Shown: one piece after another, positions 12,479 through 29,440 of the stretch
Layout: each line of letters begins with the position of its first letter
How positions within the stretch are numbered: the stretch's first letter is position 1
Source: Owenia fusiformis
Taxonomy: Eukaryota
Length of the DNA: 64,000 bases
NCBI GenBank assembly: GCA_903813345.2
Contig: CAIIXF020000001.1
Location: 40,114,001-40,178,000 of the forward strand
Reading direction: 5' to 3'
The notes under the pieces: model-generated
What the model saw: the letters and a program-made list of their open reading frames with translations, nothing else
Database searches by the model: none
Told to the model about the DNA's origin: nothing
Translations under genes and position numbers: made by a program

Positions 12479-14566
12479 ACACTATTTTTATACACACATA
12501 TATTCTATAAATTGAATAATAGCTACATGCTTATATGTAATCACTCCAAAAGTTTGAATACATAACATGTATATTGTTGATTTGTTTCAATGAAATACAA
12601 ATCATTAAATCAACATCTGATTTTAAATTAATAGACTATGAAATTCCATCAAAAATTTAATTACTATTATGAATGAATACTTTAGTCTAAAACCCAAAAT
12701 CAATTCTGACATGTGACTAGAGACACACAGCTATAAGAAGCAGAATGCATTTAACAAGTTTTCTAATTTTTAAAATCACAAATGACAGTCCCCGGATTTC
12801 TATTATAAGATTTTACACTATAAAAACTATATTTCAGTCTAGCAAACAAAATATGACGTGTTGATTTTAAGGGAAATCAGTCATTGGCTTGAAAGTGATA
12901 GGAGCAAAATTTTTATTTTTTTATGTCTGATTCCCTCGGTGTGATGCTGAAAATGAGTTTCAAATGTATATTCGAAACTTCAAATCAAAATATGTATACA
13001 TCTCATATTCATTCAACTACATGTATTGCCCTTGAGTCTTGCATCGGGCCCTTTATTCCCTCCTCCCCTTATTCTTTCCTTTCTAATCTAAGTAAATTTA
13101 TAGTGGGGCACTTGATACAAGACACAATATTACAATTTACTGGAATGTTACCCGAGTCCATTCTCCTATATACTCCCATATAGCATTGCATTAATTTAAT
13201 ACTAAGAATAAGGCACCTTTCATGAAAATAAGTTATGTATATACTCAGAAAACAAAAATATGTTAAAATTTCATGAATAACTTGAGTTTCTTTGTTTCTG
13301 AACTTGTCTGAGTATCATCACAATGTAAACAGAAAAACATAATTCATAAAACAACAACAATCACTAAACAACTCTCAGTGAATCAATCAACACACAAACA
13401 TATTTTTTATAAGTAAGAGACCCAGAATAAATTTTGACTAGAGCCCCAAGAGAACTCTTCAAATTGTTCACTTGTGTTGTTGGCTGATACACTGATTACA
13501 GTATTAACACAATATGTGTCCACAATTTACATGATGTACATGTACTTTGACTATAAACTATGACTATAAACTATGCAAATATCTCCACGACAAGACAAAA
13601 GCAGAAACAATAGCATTCTCCAAAAGAATACAGCTTTTCAGCAAAAACTTTGATTGTGAAATACGCATTATTCCTAAAGTGAGTAAGATAATTTGCTATT
13701 TTGAAATAATTAATGGAGCACTCCTAAATGCTGCTTCAAAATAGAGAATTATTTTCACCTTTGTTGGCTTTGTTGGGCCAATCTGTGCATTTCAATAAAT
13801 GCCAATTGCATGCAATTTACATTTTTACTGGCTATATTTGCATCTTGTCATTTCACATGGAGTTATCAAATGCACAATTTATCATTGTTTAGTATAGCAA
13901 CCTGAGAGCTTTAAGTGATACTTTACATGAGTCTCAAGTTCATACATACATAATTCAGTCTGACACACAGATCCACAAAGTGGCTAAGTAGGTAATCAGC
14001 AAATGGTCCCAAGGATTTAGTTGAGAAGAGGCAGTGAAGTGTAAGTCTATCAAGATGGAAATTAAACCATCAAAGGATGATAGATCAATATTATATGGAA
14101 AATTACACTCATATTTTATATTTTTCCAAATAATCATCCATTGTGATCATTTGCTAATTTTTAGATCTGGCAGATTTCCATTTTCTCTGCCAAGGACTGT
14201 AAGTTAAAATTCAGAAACATAAGACACATCGGTACAGTGTAAAGCAATATCCAGGGTGTTACATAAATCCCAGCTCAGAATCAGTATGTTTTTTGATATT
14301 GGCATACTTATTATTTCATCATGTATCGAAAATATTGCAATTAATCCATTGTTCAATATTCACCAATTAGATTCAAACCTTTATGACACACCCTGGATGT
14401 ATCTCAATATGAGATTAACAGACCCTTCTGAAGTATTTCAAGTGTACATGTATTACAGCATATATTTCCAAATTACATGTAGTAATCTAGTATCAATCTA
14501 TGAAGTTGATTTTATCTCATAAAATAACTGAGGAAGAATTAAGTAAGAACACATGCTGCATAAGAG

Positions 14567-14632
14567 TAGCCTTGCCCAAGTCGGTCTCTTTTACTTATCT
14601 TGATTTCTATTATAGAAACTTGGGCAAGGCTA
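14567..14632. mobile_element. 66-bp mini-MITE with 15-bp TIR and 9-bp TSD (AcademH-like termini)
   Basis: TAGCCTTGCCCAAGT ... ACTTGGGCAAGGCTA, flanked by a perfect GCATAAGAG direct repeat (14558-14566 and 14633-14641). Confidence 0.75.
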
Positions 14633-15440
14633 GCATAAGAGTATTCAATGGGTTCTTCAGTGATCCCAAACGAGTCACACCCAGATGACTTATTACAGCC
14701 TTCATAATTCATGTGAAATGTCATCATAATTACCAGCAATAACTACATGTACATACATCGTGTGATCTCACATGACAAACCTTTGCTAACATAATATCAC
14801 AGTGAAATTTTTAAATATGTCTCTAATATTGAGTGGTGTGAGACATGAACAAGAAACTAAAGGATGTCCGAGAAATACATACCAATTAAACATATCTCCA
14901 TTAACATTTATGTCTAGGACATCCAGTATACTAAGCACAAATTTCAACTAGAATTTCCAATACTGATTTACTAAACTAGTATTAAGTATTTAATATAAGA
15001 TAAATTATGCCCTGGTCTATTTGACAGGACATTCTTTGAATTCCCCCATTGCTGCAGAAAATACATATTTCTATGAGAAACCTTAAATAATATCACCCCT
15101 GAAATTTTGATTTATGACTATACTATATACTTTGTACATGTGAAGAATTAAACTTTCAGAGATCAGAATCCATGATCAAGAATCTAAAATAACCTAAATC
15201 ATAATTGTTTGAAATATTTACCAGTTAATTTTCATAATAAAATGCTCGTACATGTGTTGGTATGTATAGTTTTTCACATTTATTGCACTTTTCTTCATAT
15301 GCCTAATATTATGGCACGTTCCCTCCATCTTACGAGGGATAGGGCTCATCGAAATGTTATCGCAATAATGTTATTGAAGACCCAAAGCATGGCTCCATCT
15401 CTATAGTAGTTTGATGTATAATTTTCTAAGCTCTCCAATG

Positions 15441-19782
<4,342 letters not shown>

Positions 19783-21371
19783 TCTTCTGTTAAATAGGTC
19801 CCTGCAAGAACAATTAATAATAAATATACACATTATCATACAGTACTTGATATACTCAGAATCAATTGTTGATCACCATTTCTTTACTGCATATTCTTTC
19901 ATTCTTGTTTTTGTGACTCCCTCCTTCTAACTCTGTAGTGCATAACCTGTCCAGAATATAAAGACTGTGATGGAGTATCCTAAGTAAGTATATACAAGAC
20001 TAAATGTTATTTACCGTACTTACTTTAAAATGGCTGAACTATCAATCAGTCAAATAATCCTCAAAACTTACAAAATAATCAATTTTTTCTCAATTTGTAA
20101 TGTTTGCAATGACATTAAAACGATAACTGTCTGCCCCGTCTGTAGCTAATGCCACATGTGATTTCTATAAACATGAAGTTACTCTTATATAACATGTACA
20201 GTATATTTATGTAGTTGTGATTATTAAAATATTAATTATCAACATGTTGCAGGGCACTGATTATTTTTGTTAATGATAAAGTTCTCAAATTATTGAAATA
20301 CGATACTGGAAAATGTGAAGAGATATTAATCAAGTCGCCTCACACATGCTCTCTTTGCATAAGGGAAATAAATATTTTGGGGAGGGGGTTTCAGAAACAC
20401 AAAGTCATTTATAGACATGAAATCTATTTCTAAAGGTATAGAACGATTCTCAAACAAGGCATTTAACATGACAGAATGTCACCATCCTGTAAGCTATTGT
20501 AGATGATCAGAAAAATGTAACAATATGTCACAGACACCAAAAGCTGACGCAGACAGCCAATGTGAAACATCAACCACAAGTCATAAAACACATATGAACA
20601 TAATATCTTATAAACATTATCTACATTGAGATAACACAGTTCGATTTCTCCTGACGAAACAATTGAATTTGAATTGTATTAAATAAACAAGGTCAACATA
20701 TAACAAACAGTAACATAACTTAAGATGTCAAGTAAGTAAATTGTAAGTTGTCGACTAAGGTTAATGTTCGATGATGGTATGATAACTTAAATGCAATAAA
20801 ACAAATACATCTTATATACTAGGCGTTAACATACAAAATGTCACCACCTGCCATTAGTTACATATACCAAATACAAAAGAATAATAGAGTGCATGTATAA
20901 TAATTAAATGCATTTTTTGCAACATAAAAAACATGACAATGTTTCTCTTACAATCCTAATTCTATTTTCTGAAAAGAAAACTGTCTGATCAAATAAAACA
21001 ATATTTAACTCAGAACTGTTGCATCTTTAAAAAATAGACATGACATGACACAAATGTTCATTCCAGTCATGTAGTATTCTCAGATAGACATCAAATGATA
21101 AGTAGGCAAGATTTGATACTGGACCTATACAGTCATAGGAAGATGTACCAAGTCATTGAGGATATTTTTTGCGGTTCTTTGGGTGTACTCTAGACTCTCA
21201 GTCTCAACAGTTAAATCTTTAGCATCTACTCCATCAATAAAAATAAAAAATGCAGATTTTCTTCAAAACTACTGTACAATAATTCTAAAAATATTCGATT
21301 AGATAAAAAAGGGTGAAGTTTAAATTATCCTATTACAATGTTGATGTATGAGAATATATAAGGGTATCCTT

Positions 21372-21450
21372 TAGGGGTACCACGATACGATAAATTTAAT
21401 ATCGATACGTATCTACGATACTGACCTCGCGATACGATACAATGATACAG
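21372..21450. mobile_element. hAT-like element end
   Basis: TAGGGG terminus followed by a dense CGATAC/CGATA subterminal repeat cluster. The matching end was not identified. Confidence 0.4.
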
Positions 21451-21689
21451 CGTAAATTGAAGTAAAACTGAACTTTATTCGAATTTTTCAAACTTGTAAA
21501 GCCAGGAGTACTTCAGCCAGATTACGTTTATTTCACATCACGACAAAGAAAGGTGTAAAATATACTAACATCGATTAAAACATCTTAACGACGTGTGGTA
21601 TTCGGGAACTATCGGGGCAAACGAAGGTGGCAAGCAAGATACGTAACTATGACTGTCTGTCATCTCTAAGCTCTGAGTTTTTCCCTCCC

Positions 21690-23200
21690 TTCTGGGTAAG
21701 TAAGAAGGGACTTCCGGTAAAAAAATGATACGACCGATATTCATTTTATGTATCATCTTTGAGCCCGGAATTGACCAATGATATGCGCATATATAATTAG
21801 AATGCATTTGGCGTATGTTTCTTCAAGCTCACTGATTGGTGGAAGAAAAGTGATTTATTACCCAAACTGTCACCGGTACCCGTCGTGGGGGCGGGGCTAC
21901 TAAACTGTAATATGGTCTCTACTAGGCAGAGTGTAGTTTAACTAGACTCTGCACGCAGGGTATCGGTGTATAGTCCTGGACCGGATAAATATCTACAACT
22001 TCCTGTGAATATTCCCCATGAATGTTGGGAAAGATTTTTCAAAACACCCAACACATTTGAAAAATCAACCCCACATTTATGGAGGTATGTGGATACAGTC
22101 ATAGGCCCAGTCATATAGACAAGTCCAATACCACAGTCAGAGAGAATGTTTCTGGCGAAATTCTGGGATTTTAAATACTTGAAGTTGGGAAACCCGAAGG
22201 GCTTACCTTTTTTAATTCCCGAATCTCACCGAATCTCTCCGAAATTAGCTCATCTTGGTGACTGTAAATTGCACAGCTGTATTCAATGGAGTCTCGTCAT
22301 ATTCAATCAGCCTCAATTTTAAAGTGTATATTTTATTTTCAACGTGATTTCATCGTTTTTTGTCGACTGGTAAGAATACGCTGGGCAAATGGCAAGATGG
22401 ATGACTTTTGACCTGACCTACACCGATGGCGGTGACGTCATCAATTTTATCTATACAAATTCTATTTGGTCACGTGACCTTGTGCCAGAAGTCCGACTTT
22501 TTGGTCAGTCGACCTGTTCAAAGTACATTTAGTAATAATTATCGCTTTTCAGAACAATTTAGGAAACAATATTTTCTATCTACGTCGATACAAAGCATCT
22601 AAGGTACGTAAATTTATATGAACAACTGAGTCAATAGGGATAAATAGCCCAACGAGAGTCGGCGGTCTAAAAAATACTTGGATCTGGATGCCAGTCCTGG
22701 TATAGATATAGTTCCAGGGCAGTTCGAAGAACGTATTAGATGTCCGTGTCCAATACACCAAGTAAAGAGCTTTACATATGTACTTTATTCGTCGCGACTC
22801 GATTTTTTATACATGTTCCAGGGGCTGTGTCCAATTGAAAGCCCATGCTTTCATCAACAATTAGTTATTAATATTATCAATAACATAAACTCTATATTTT
22901 ACCAAATTACTGAATCACTCGCCAGTCACACAGGCAGTCACCATCACTCACCTCACAGCCTAAACTTGGCTATTTCGACGCTGGACGTGGCAAAAAATTA
23001 ATTGGTGTAAAAATAACACATTTAGAGATATCATTGATCTTCAGTTTCTTAAATAACGAATTGAAATATTGTCAAGGTTTGAAATGATATCAAAATTTAT
23101 GACATAAATCAAATTCTTACCGCTAGGATTGTCGATAAACCCGGTCACTATGAATATTGTTTTTCTTTCAACACTTCCGCCTTCCACGTCGTGTATTTCA
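21690..23200. promoter_or_regulatory. Probable divergent promoter and 5'UTR-exon region for GALE (-) and ARHGEF10-like (+)
   Basis: Locally CpG-enriched. ETS-like ACTTCCGG (~21710), CCAAT box as GATTGG (~21834), GC box GGGGCGGGGC (21888-21897), CRE TGACGTCA (22433-22440), E-box GTCACGTGAC (22469-22478). Consensus donors on both strands (minus ~22206 and ~23120; plus ~22370). Both genes' first coding exons begin with a splice acceptor, so non-coding first exons must lie upstream. Confidence 0.5.
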
Positions 23201-24104
23201 CGGATATCTTTTGCGATTTATTATTGAAAAATGAAAATGGTCTTAATGGAGTTAACAATATACTCAGTCAATCAGATGCTTTATAATAATACAATTTTAT
23301 TCATCAGCATATTATTTTGTCGTATTTACGTTAAATTAGAGCCAATTTAGAGGTTATACTGATGTGTATGTGTTCTGTAATTCTCTGTATCCGATATTTA
23401 CTCGCATCAATTACCTTCAAATTGAAGAGCTACTTTATAAACTTTTCAAAACTTTAGAAAATAGTCTTGAAAGTGTTAAATTCCAATCTCTAGGGACTAT
23501 CATTGATGGAAAAGCATTTCATAGTATAGTGGTGAGTATGAAAAACTTAGATCGATTGTTTAAAATTGATACCACCTTGATGTATTTTTGTTGTTGTGTT
23601 GCTCTCTCCCTCAGTCTCTATAGTATAAGGCTATAGTAGCAAGACAATCTCAGGCTCTGGTAGACATTCAGTAGAGGACCTTACACATTATTTTTCATAG
23701 AGTACACGCATTATCGAAGTAAGGTTACATTCAGTTTCTTCGGTAGCTGAGTACATTGCGAGCATTACTGAAATGAGATTACATTGAGTTTCTTTGAGAT
23801 GAAGATACCGGAGGTAACCTCACCTCTCTCGATAATGCTCGTAATATACTCAGAAATAATTCCTGAAGTTGAATATGTGCTTCGCTACATGTAGCACCAA
23901 TATTATTTGACTTTTGAAATTATATCAGGCCTGTAGGGAGAGGAGGTTTGGATGGTTTATGTGAACGAGGTGTCCCCCTTCCACAACTTTTTAAAATGTT
24001 GAACCCCTCTCAAGTCATCAAAATTGTGTGTACATGAGGTTTGTCCTTCAATATTAAGAAGGCTCGCAAGCAAAAACATATGAAATGCGCATGTAATAAT
24101 TTCA

Positions 24105-24496
24105 AAGGACGATTCTCGGTTTGGAGAACAGTCTTCTGGGTTAATAATTTTTTCATGAAAAATATAGAAATATTACCCAAATTAAATTATGAATATTTAA
24201 AAGAGGACATTTAAATCTACAAGATGTAAAGATAACAAATTGGTCTGAAGCAGTGATAACGCTCAATTAGGCCGATTCAATAAAATACAAGTCTCGATTT
24301 GGGGAAAAAAGGTCATCAGTGTACTGCGCTAATATTTTTTTGTGAAACATCTAGAAATATTACCCAAACTAAATTATGACTATTCAAAAGAAGACATTCA
24401 AATCTATATTATGTAAAAAAAATCAAATTTGTCCGAAGCAGGGATAATGCTCATTTAGATTGATGAACTTCGTTCTCCAAACCGAGAATCGTCCTT
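24105..24496. mobile_element. MITE family X, copy 1 (25-bp TIR, 3-bp TSD TCA; PIF/Harbinger-like by TSD length)
   Basis: AAGGACGATTCTCGGTTTGGAGAAC ... GTTCTCCAAACCGAGAATCGTCCTT with an internal ~190-bp direct duplication. A second copy lies in opposite orientation at 50665-51057. Confidence 0.85.
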
Positions 24497-24674
24497 TCAA
24501 TTATAAAATGTTTTATTAATATCAAAACTGTCAGTTTAAGAAAAGTTGAAGAAAAACGATGGTTGGCCTTAATAGGAGTATTTACATCCTTTAATTTAAA
24601 TTCTTCATCCATCTTCATTTCATAAATGTAAAGAATACATATGAATTACATGTATTATCTCTATTAGTCATCTA

Positions 24675-25648
24675 CTGTAGATTGGGTTAATTTGTTGCAC
24701 GCTTTAATTTGATGAATTTGTCAAACTAGGAAAACATGCCAATTTACATCTTCGCCAAAATTATAAAAGGGTCCCCGGGAATTTTATATGCATGGTGTGT
24801 TTAAAGTGACAACATGGTGCACTCAAGTCCTATTGAATGATCCCAGCATGTCGGTAGAATGAAATATTGAACACGTAAAAGGACTTTGAAAATTGTCTAT
24901 TTTTTATTCTAACAAGTAAAACTTTTCCACGCACCTTCTTTCGATGGATAACAGGGAGAGAAAATTGACCAGATTCATTGTCTTCTTCACGAATGACAAT
25001 TCACTTTTTATTCTCACTATACGCATGCGCAACTCTGATTGAACTATGGGAAGTATTATAGTTCATTCAGTGCCATCGTGCCTCAGTTATGGTACACTGA
25101 ACGAAATAAATGTGTAGTCCCTATTATATCTACCAGGTATTCTCACCTCCATAATTCAGAAAAATGAAAAAGAGGAAATCAATCTGCTTTTCCAGTTTTT
25201 TATTTCTGATATTTCTAAGTTAAATGGTTGTTAAATTTAGCCATATCCATACACTTCAAGAAAATAGGTAGGAAGAAGATGTTAAACTGAATGTCATGCC
25301 GATAGCTCAGAAAAGGTAAAATTTTGCAAAAATTCTCTCTGCATCCTCTGCAGACCTTTGTTGCACCTTTAGTCAGTTTTAGCAAATCTGAAATGGATAA
25401 GAGTGATAATCAGAACACATTACTTCTAAATTGGCTCAGGGGAATCGCTTCAATAATAAATTACTAGATATAGTAGTTGAATTGAAGGAATGGGTGTAAC
25501 AATTTGAATTTTGTTCCAGTGTATATGGATGTTATGGCATCAGAGCAATATGTCCAAGCCCTAGTGTCCACCAAATTAAATAGCCGTCAATATGCCCAAA
25601 ATGGCAAAATCGCCAAATTAAGTAGTGCCAAATTAACCCAATCTACAG
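24675..25648. mobile_element. TA-flanked MITE (TACTGTA...TACAGTA type)
   Basis: ta|CTGTAGATTGGGTTAATTTG ... CAAATTAACCCAATCTACAG|ta. Confidence 0.8.
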
Positions 25649-25931
25649 TATTCAAATCAGAAACAAGCAAAAATGTCAAATTCAATCTGAATTTCACAGG
25701 GCTATTACAGGGAAATCATTGTCAGGCTAAAAGGCCAAGGTAACATTTCGGTGATCTAGCAACAATGAGTTTTGATGCTTTTCCTTGTTGTGTTGAGGTC
25801 TAACAATTTTGAAAGAGAGTTGCATTGCATTGCATAGGTCTGAAAATTACTTTGTTTACTCTCACACTATGAATACTCATTTTAAATATTATTAAAACAT
25901 AATTATAACATTTGCAAGAATGGTAATTGTA

Positions 25932-26755
25932 CAGGGTGAGCCAAAAAAGATAACCCAAATAAATGTTAATAACTCCCGTCTTCTAACATGGATTTGAACT
26001 CATATTTGGCACATTTTAACCTTGTTCTGTATGTTCTTTCATTCTACTAGTGTATTATTGGTCTACTTTTAATGGTCATGATTTTATGGCCATTTTAAAA
26101 AATTTGCTCCAAATGCGGAACATTCATCCCCAAGCCATTTCAAAGATTGGCCACATTTAAAACTCTAGATGTATGGGCAACGTGAGAGGGTGTTTGTGTG
26201 CCTCATGTGAACTCCTATTTGCCTTGAACCCCCCTCTCTTTATAAAACAAACATCCGGCCGATAACAACCGCCTTTTCTGAAAGATCAAGAAGCCAAATG
26301 CCAGGAACGAACTCCTCTCAGAAAGATGACTATTTTGCCCAAACAATGAATCACACATCTACACTAGCTATTTGATAAGTGTGCATACCATGCTGTAATT
26401 TGATTGGTTTGTTAAAACCGTTTCTGTCTTGCGAACCCCCCCCCCCCCCCCCCAATTTGTTATGAACCGAACCCCCAGGCCAGAGGAAAGTTGAACCCTA
26501 CTTTGTAAATCAAGGCTTCTCCCTTCGAGAAGCATCAGAGAGTTAAAACAAGAGATAAGAAGAATGATTAGACCAGTATACATGATATCTGTGAGCATCT
26601 AGTCACCTTGTGTGTTCAAATTGGTCATTTGAGATAGACCGATGAAACTTGGTAGAATGAAAAAACATTGAACAAGGTTCAAATATGATTTTAAACCTAT
26701 GCTATATGACTGAACGTTCACATTTGTTTGGGTTATTCTTTTTTGGCTCACCCTG
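25932..26755. mobile_element. Tc1/mariner-type non-autonomous element
   Basis: ta|CAGGGTGAGCCAAAAAAGATAACCC ... GGGTTATTCTTTTTTGGCTCACCCTG|ta, TA TSD. Confidence 0.85.
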
Positions 26756-29440
26756 TATTGTAATTGAAACAGGATATATCACAAAGGTAATAGGTAGTAA
26801 AACTGTCTTCGTTAAAACAATAGATAATGACTTATGTAGATGGGGATATGAAATCACATTCTGCAAATAGGTACACAAAGTTATAGTTTATTTATTTATT
26901 TATATCAACTTATAATTGATTTAATTCTGTTAATAAATGTCAGGGGATCAAAAGTACATGTATGTCAATCATAGAGAAATGAATGCATTTGTGGGTTTAC
27001 CTGAAATAACATGGGACTCTAATTAGGAAGGCATCGAAATTTCTGAACATATGAAACTAACCTTTATTTTAACCAAGTGTTGGCTGACTAAAGCAAGTAT
27101 TTGAGTACTTTCCAAGTTATATTCAAATCAAATGGTATTTTATCTTAGAGTGTATTATGTTTTGGTTATGATTCGTGATACTAAACTGTATAAACTGTAA
27201 ACTGTATAATGTGTGCCAGATAAATAAACTCTATCAAACATATTTGCACTGTAATATTAAACCAAACCATACACTGCCGTTTCAAGTAGGGTAAGGTGGT
27301 TTCTATTTGTAGCTTAAGAATTAAGGGTTGCTCATTAGATTTGGGAGTTACTCAAGGAAATTATTTGAGGCTTAGGGGAGAAAGATATTTCAGTTAATGT
27401 GTCTGAAAATAATTGTATTTTAAAGCTAAGCATTTTAATTGAGAAATTCTCATTTGTGGCTTTGATATGAGAGACAGTTTTAAAGAAAAATAGTAAGACT
27501 AAGAATGTTAAGATGCCCTAGCAAAATCTTATGGTACACCTTTAAGATCTTGTTTACATCATCATACATCATCGGAGCTTATGGTATACTTTACAGTAAA
27601 ATCCTAACGGCAACATTTAGGTTTACTCTTGATAAACCTAATAGAATTTACATGTACTTTCAGCTTTCTACAGGAATTCCATTTGATTTGGTGCTGCCCT
27701 TGACATGATTCCCTCATGCTATAGATACTGATTGTCACTGATGCTTGATTAAGCTGAAAGAATGGCTTCATAAGTTTTTTAAGTGACCTATTGTTAGCCT
27801 TCAACTTTTTGTATCCTGCATTGGGTGCTCGTCATTCAGCGTTTGATGTTCGGTGGTCGATGTCTGTTGGTTTGTTTTTATTGTGATATTCTCGCTCAAA
27901 TCAAAACAGACAAAGGCGAGTAATTAAATGAGCCTGAATTTATGTTGAAAATGCCCTGTTGCACCAATGTAATTATATAATCAAAATATTCTGGGAGGAG
28001 AGCTCCATCCTACCCCTCCCCTGGCTCACCACAATCTTTTAGGCACTACACTGTTCAAGTAGTCAGTGTTATGAAGTCACCATGGTACATGTAGTTTTAT
28101 TGTATTTGATCTAACTTCCTTTGTCAGTCAAAAGCTGACTTAGACATGCTTTACAATTATATACTTTCTCCACTCCATATTTTTAATGATACTGCCCTTT
28201 GTTTATCTGATAAAATACTGTTGAGTGCTTGGAGGATATAAATACAAGTCTGGATTCTTCGATAATAAAGTACAACCAATAATGTAGAAAACTTTTTTGG
28301 AAATGTTTTTAAAAAGGTTACCCTGAATGAAAGGTTTATATTTTTGAAAACATATGATTTGCATGCAGTGAATTGGAACTCAGATGATATCTTTGTTTCT
28401 GAGTAGACGTGTAATTACTAAGAAAAGATAAACTTTATCACTCAAACATTCAATGGCACCTTTCTAACCATAGTTCTCAGTATAGAAATGCTACAGGTAT
28501 AAATCTGTTATCTTGCTACTTTGCTTGTGTTATCTAGAGTAATGTAGATTTCTGTATACTAAAACTTTTAAACACTGTAAACACAGTAAAACCTGTCTAA
28601 ATGGAACATTTGCAAACTACTGAAACTAATTTTTTGTGGGAACATGACCTCATTTAGTGAACATTGTAGACATCAACAGATCAGTAGCATGATGCATACA
28701 AATCATGTTATTGTTTGGATTGTTTATATTTCATCAGATTGATATTAAAACTCAAGAAAGGTATTTATGACCTAGGATATCCAGAGACCTGTTAAAAGTC
28801 TAATAAGGACTCTAATCATAAAATATGAAAAAACATGTGGAAAAACTCATCAATTGACTTTTTATAAGCCTTTTCTGTTTTATTAAAGAGATAGAGACTT
28901 AGAATTTTTCTATTGATAATATTGAGTTATTGATAGGGAAATGTTCACAATTACAGGATTTCCTGTACTCTGTATTATAAGATCCATCTTGCCAAGTTAT
29001 ACTCAGGTCCAAAATTCAAGTGATGAATACAAACAAAAGAAAGACAATCTATTCATTAAACTGGGAAATATAAGTGTACATATCAAGTATATTCAAATGA
29101 ATCAATAAGGAGGTAATATTCTTGGAATATCAGTAAAGAGTGTCGAAAATACTCGGAGAAGTACAAATGTAGAATGTGCATTTAAATGGGCATGGATATT
29201 AGTGGATGAAGAAGTATCTTATATGTAAATACATTAAATTTGATTTTTGATTAAGTTGAAATTCATATATTGATAAGGAACTTCCTAACATAACTATGTA
29301 CAGTATCAATCGTGTCTAAAATATGCAAATAATGGGCAGTTCAAAACATGGATATCAATATCTGGACAAATAAGATATTTGGAATGTGATTCAGACAAGT
29401 TGAATCTATTTTCAGGTAGCACACATGAGAAACATACAAG

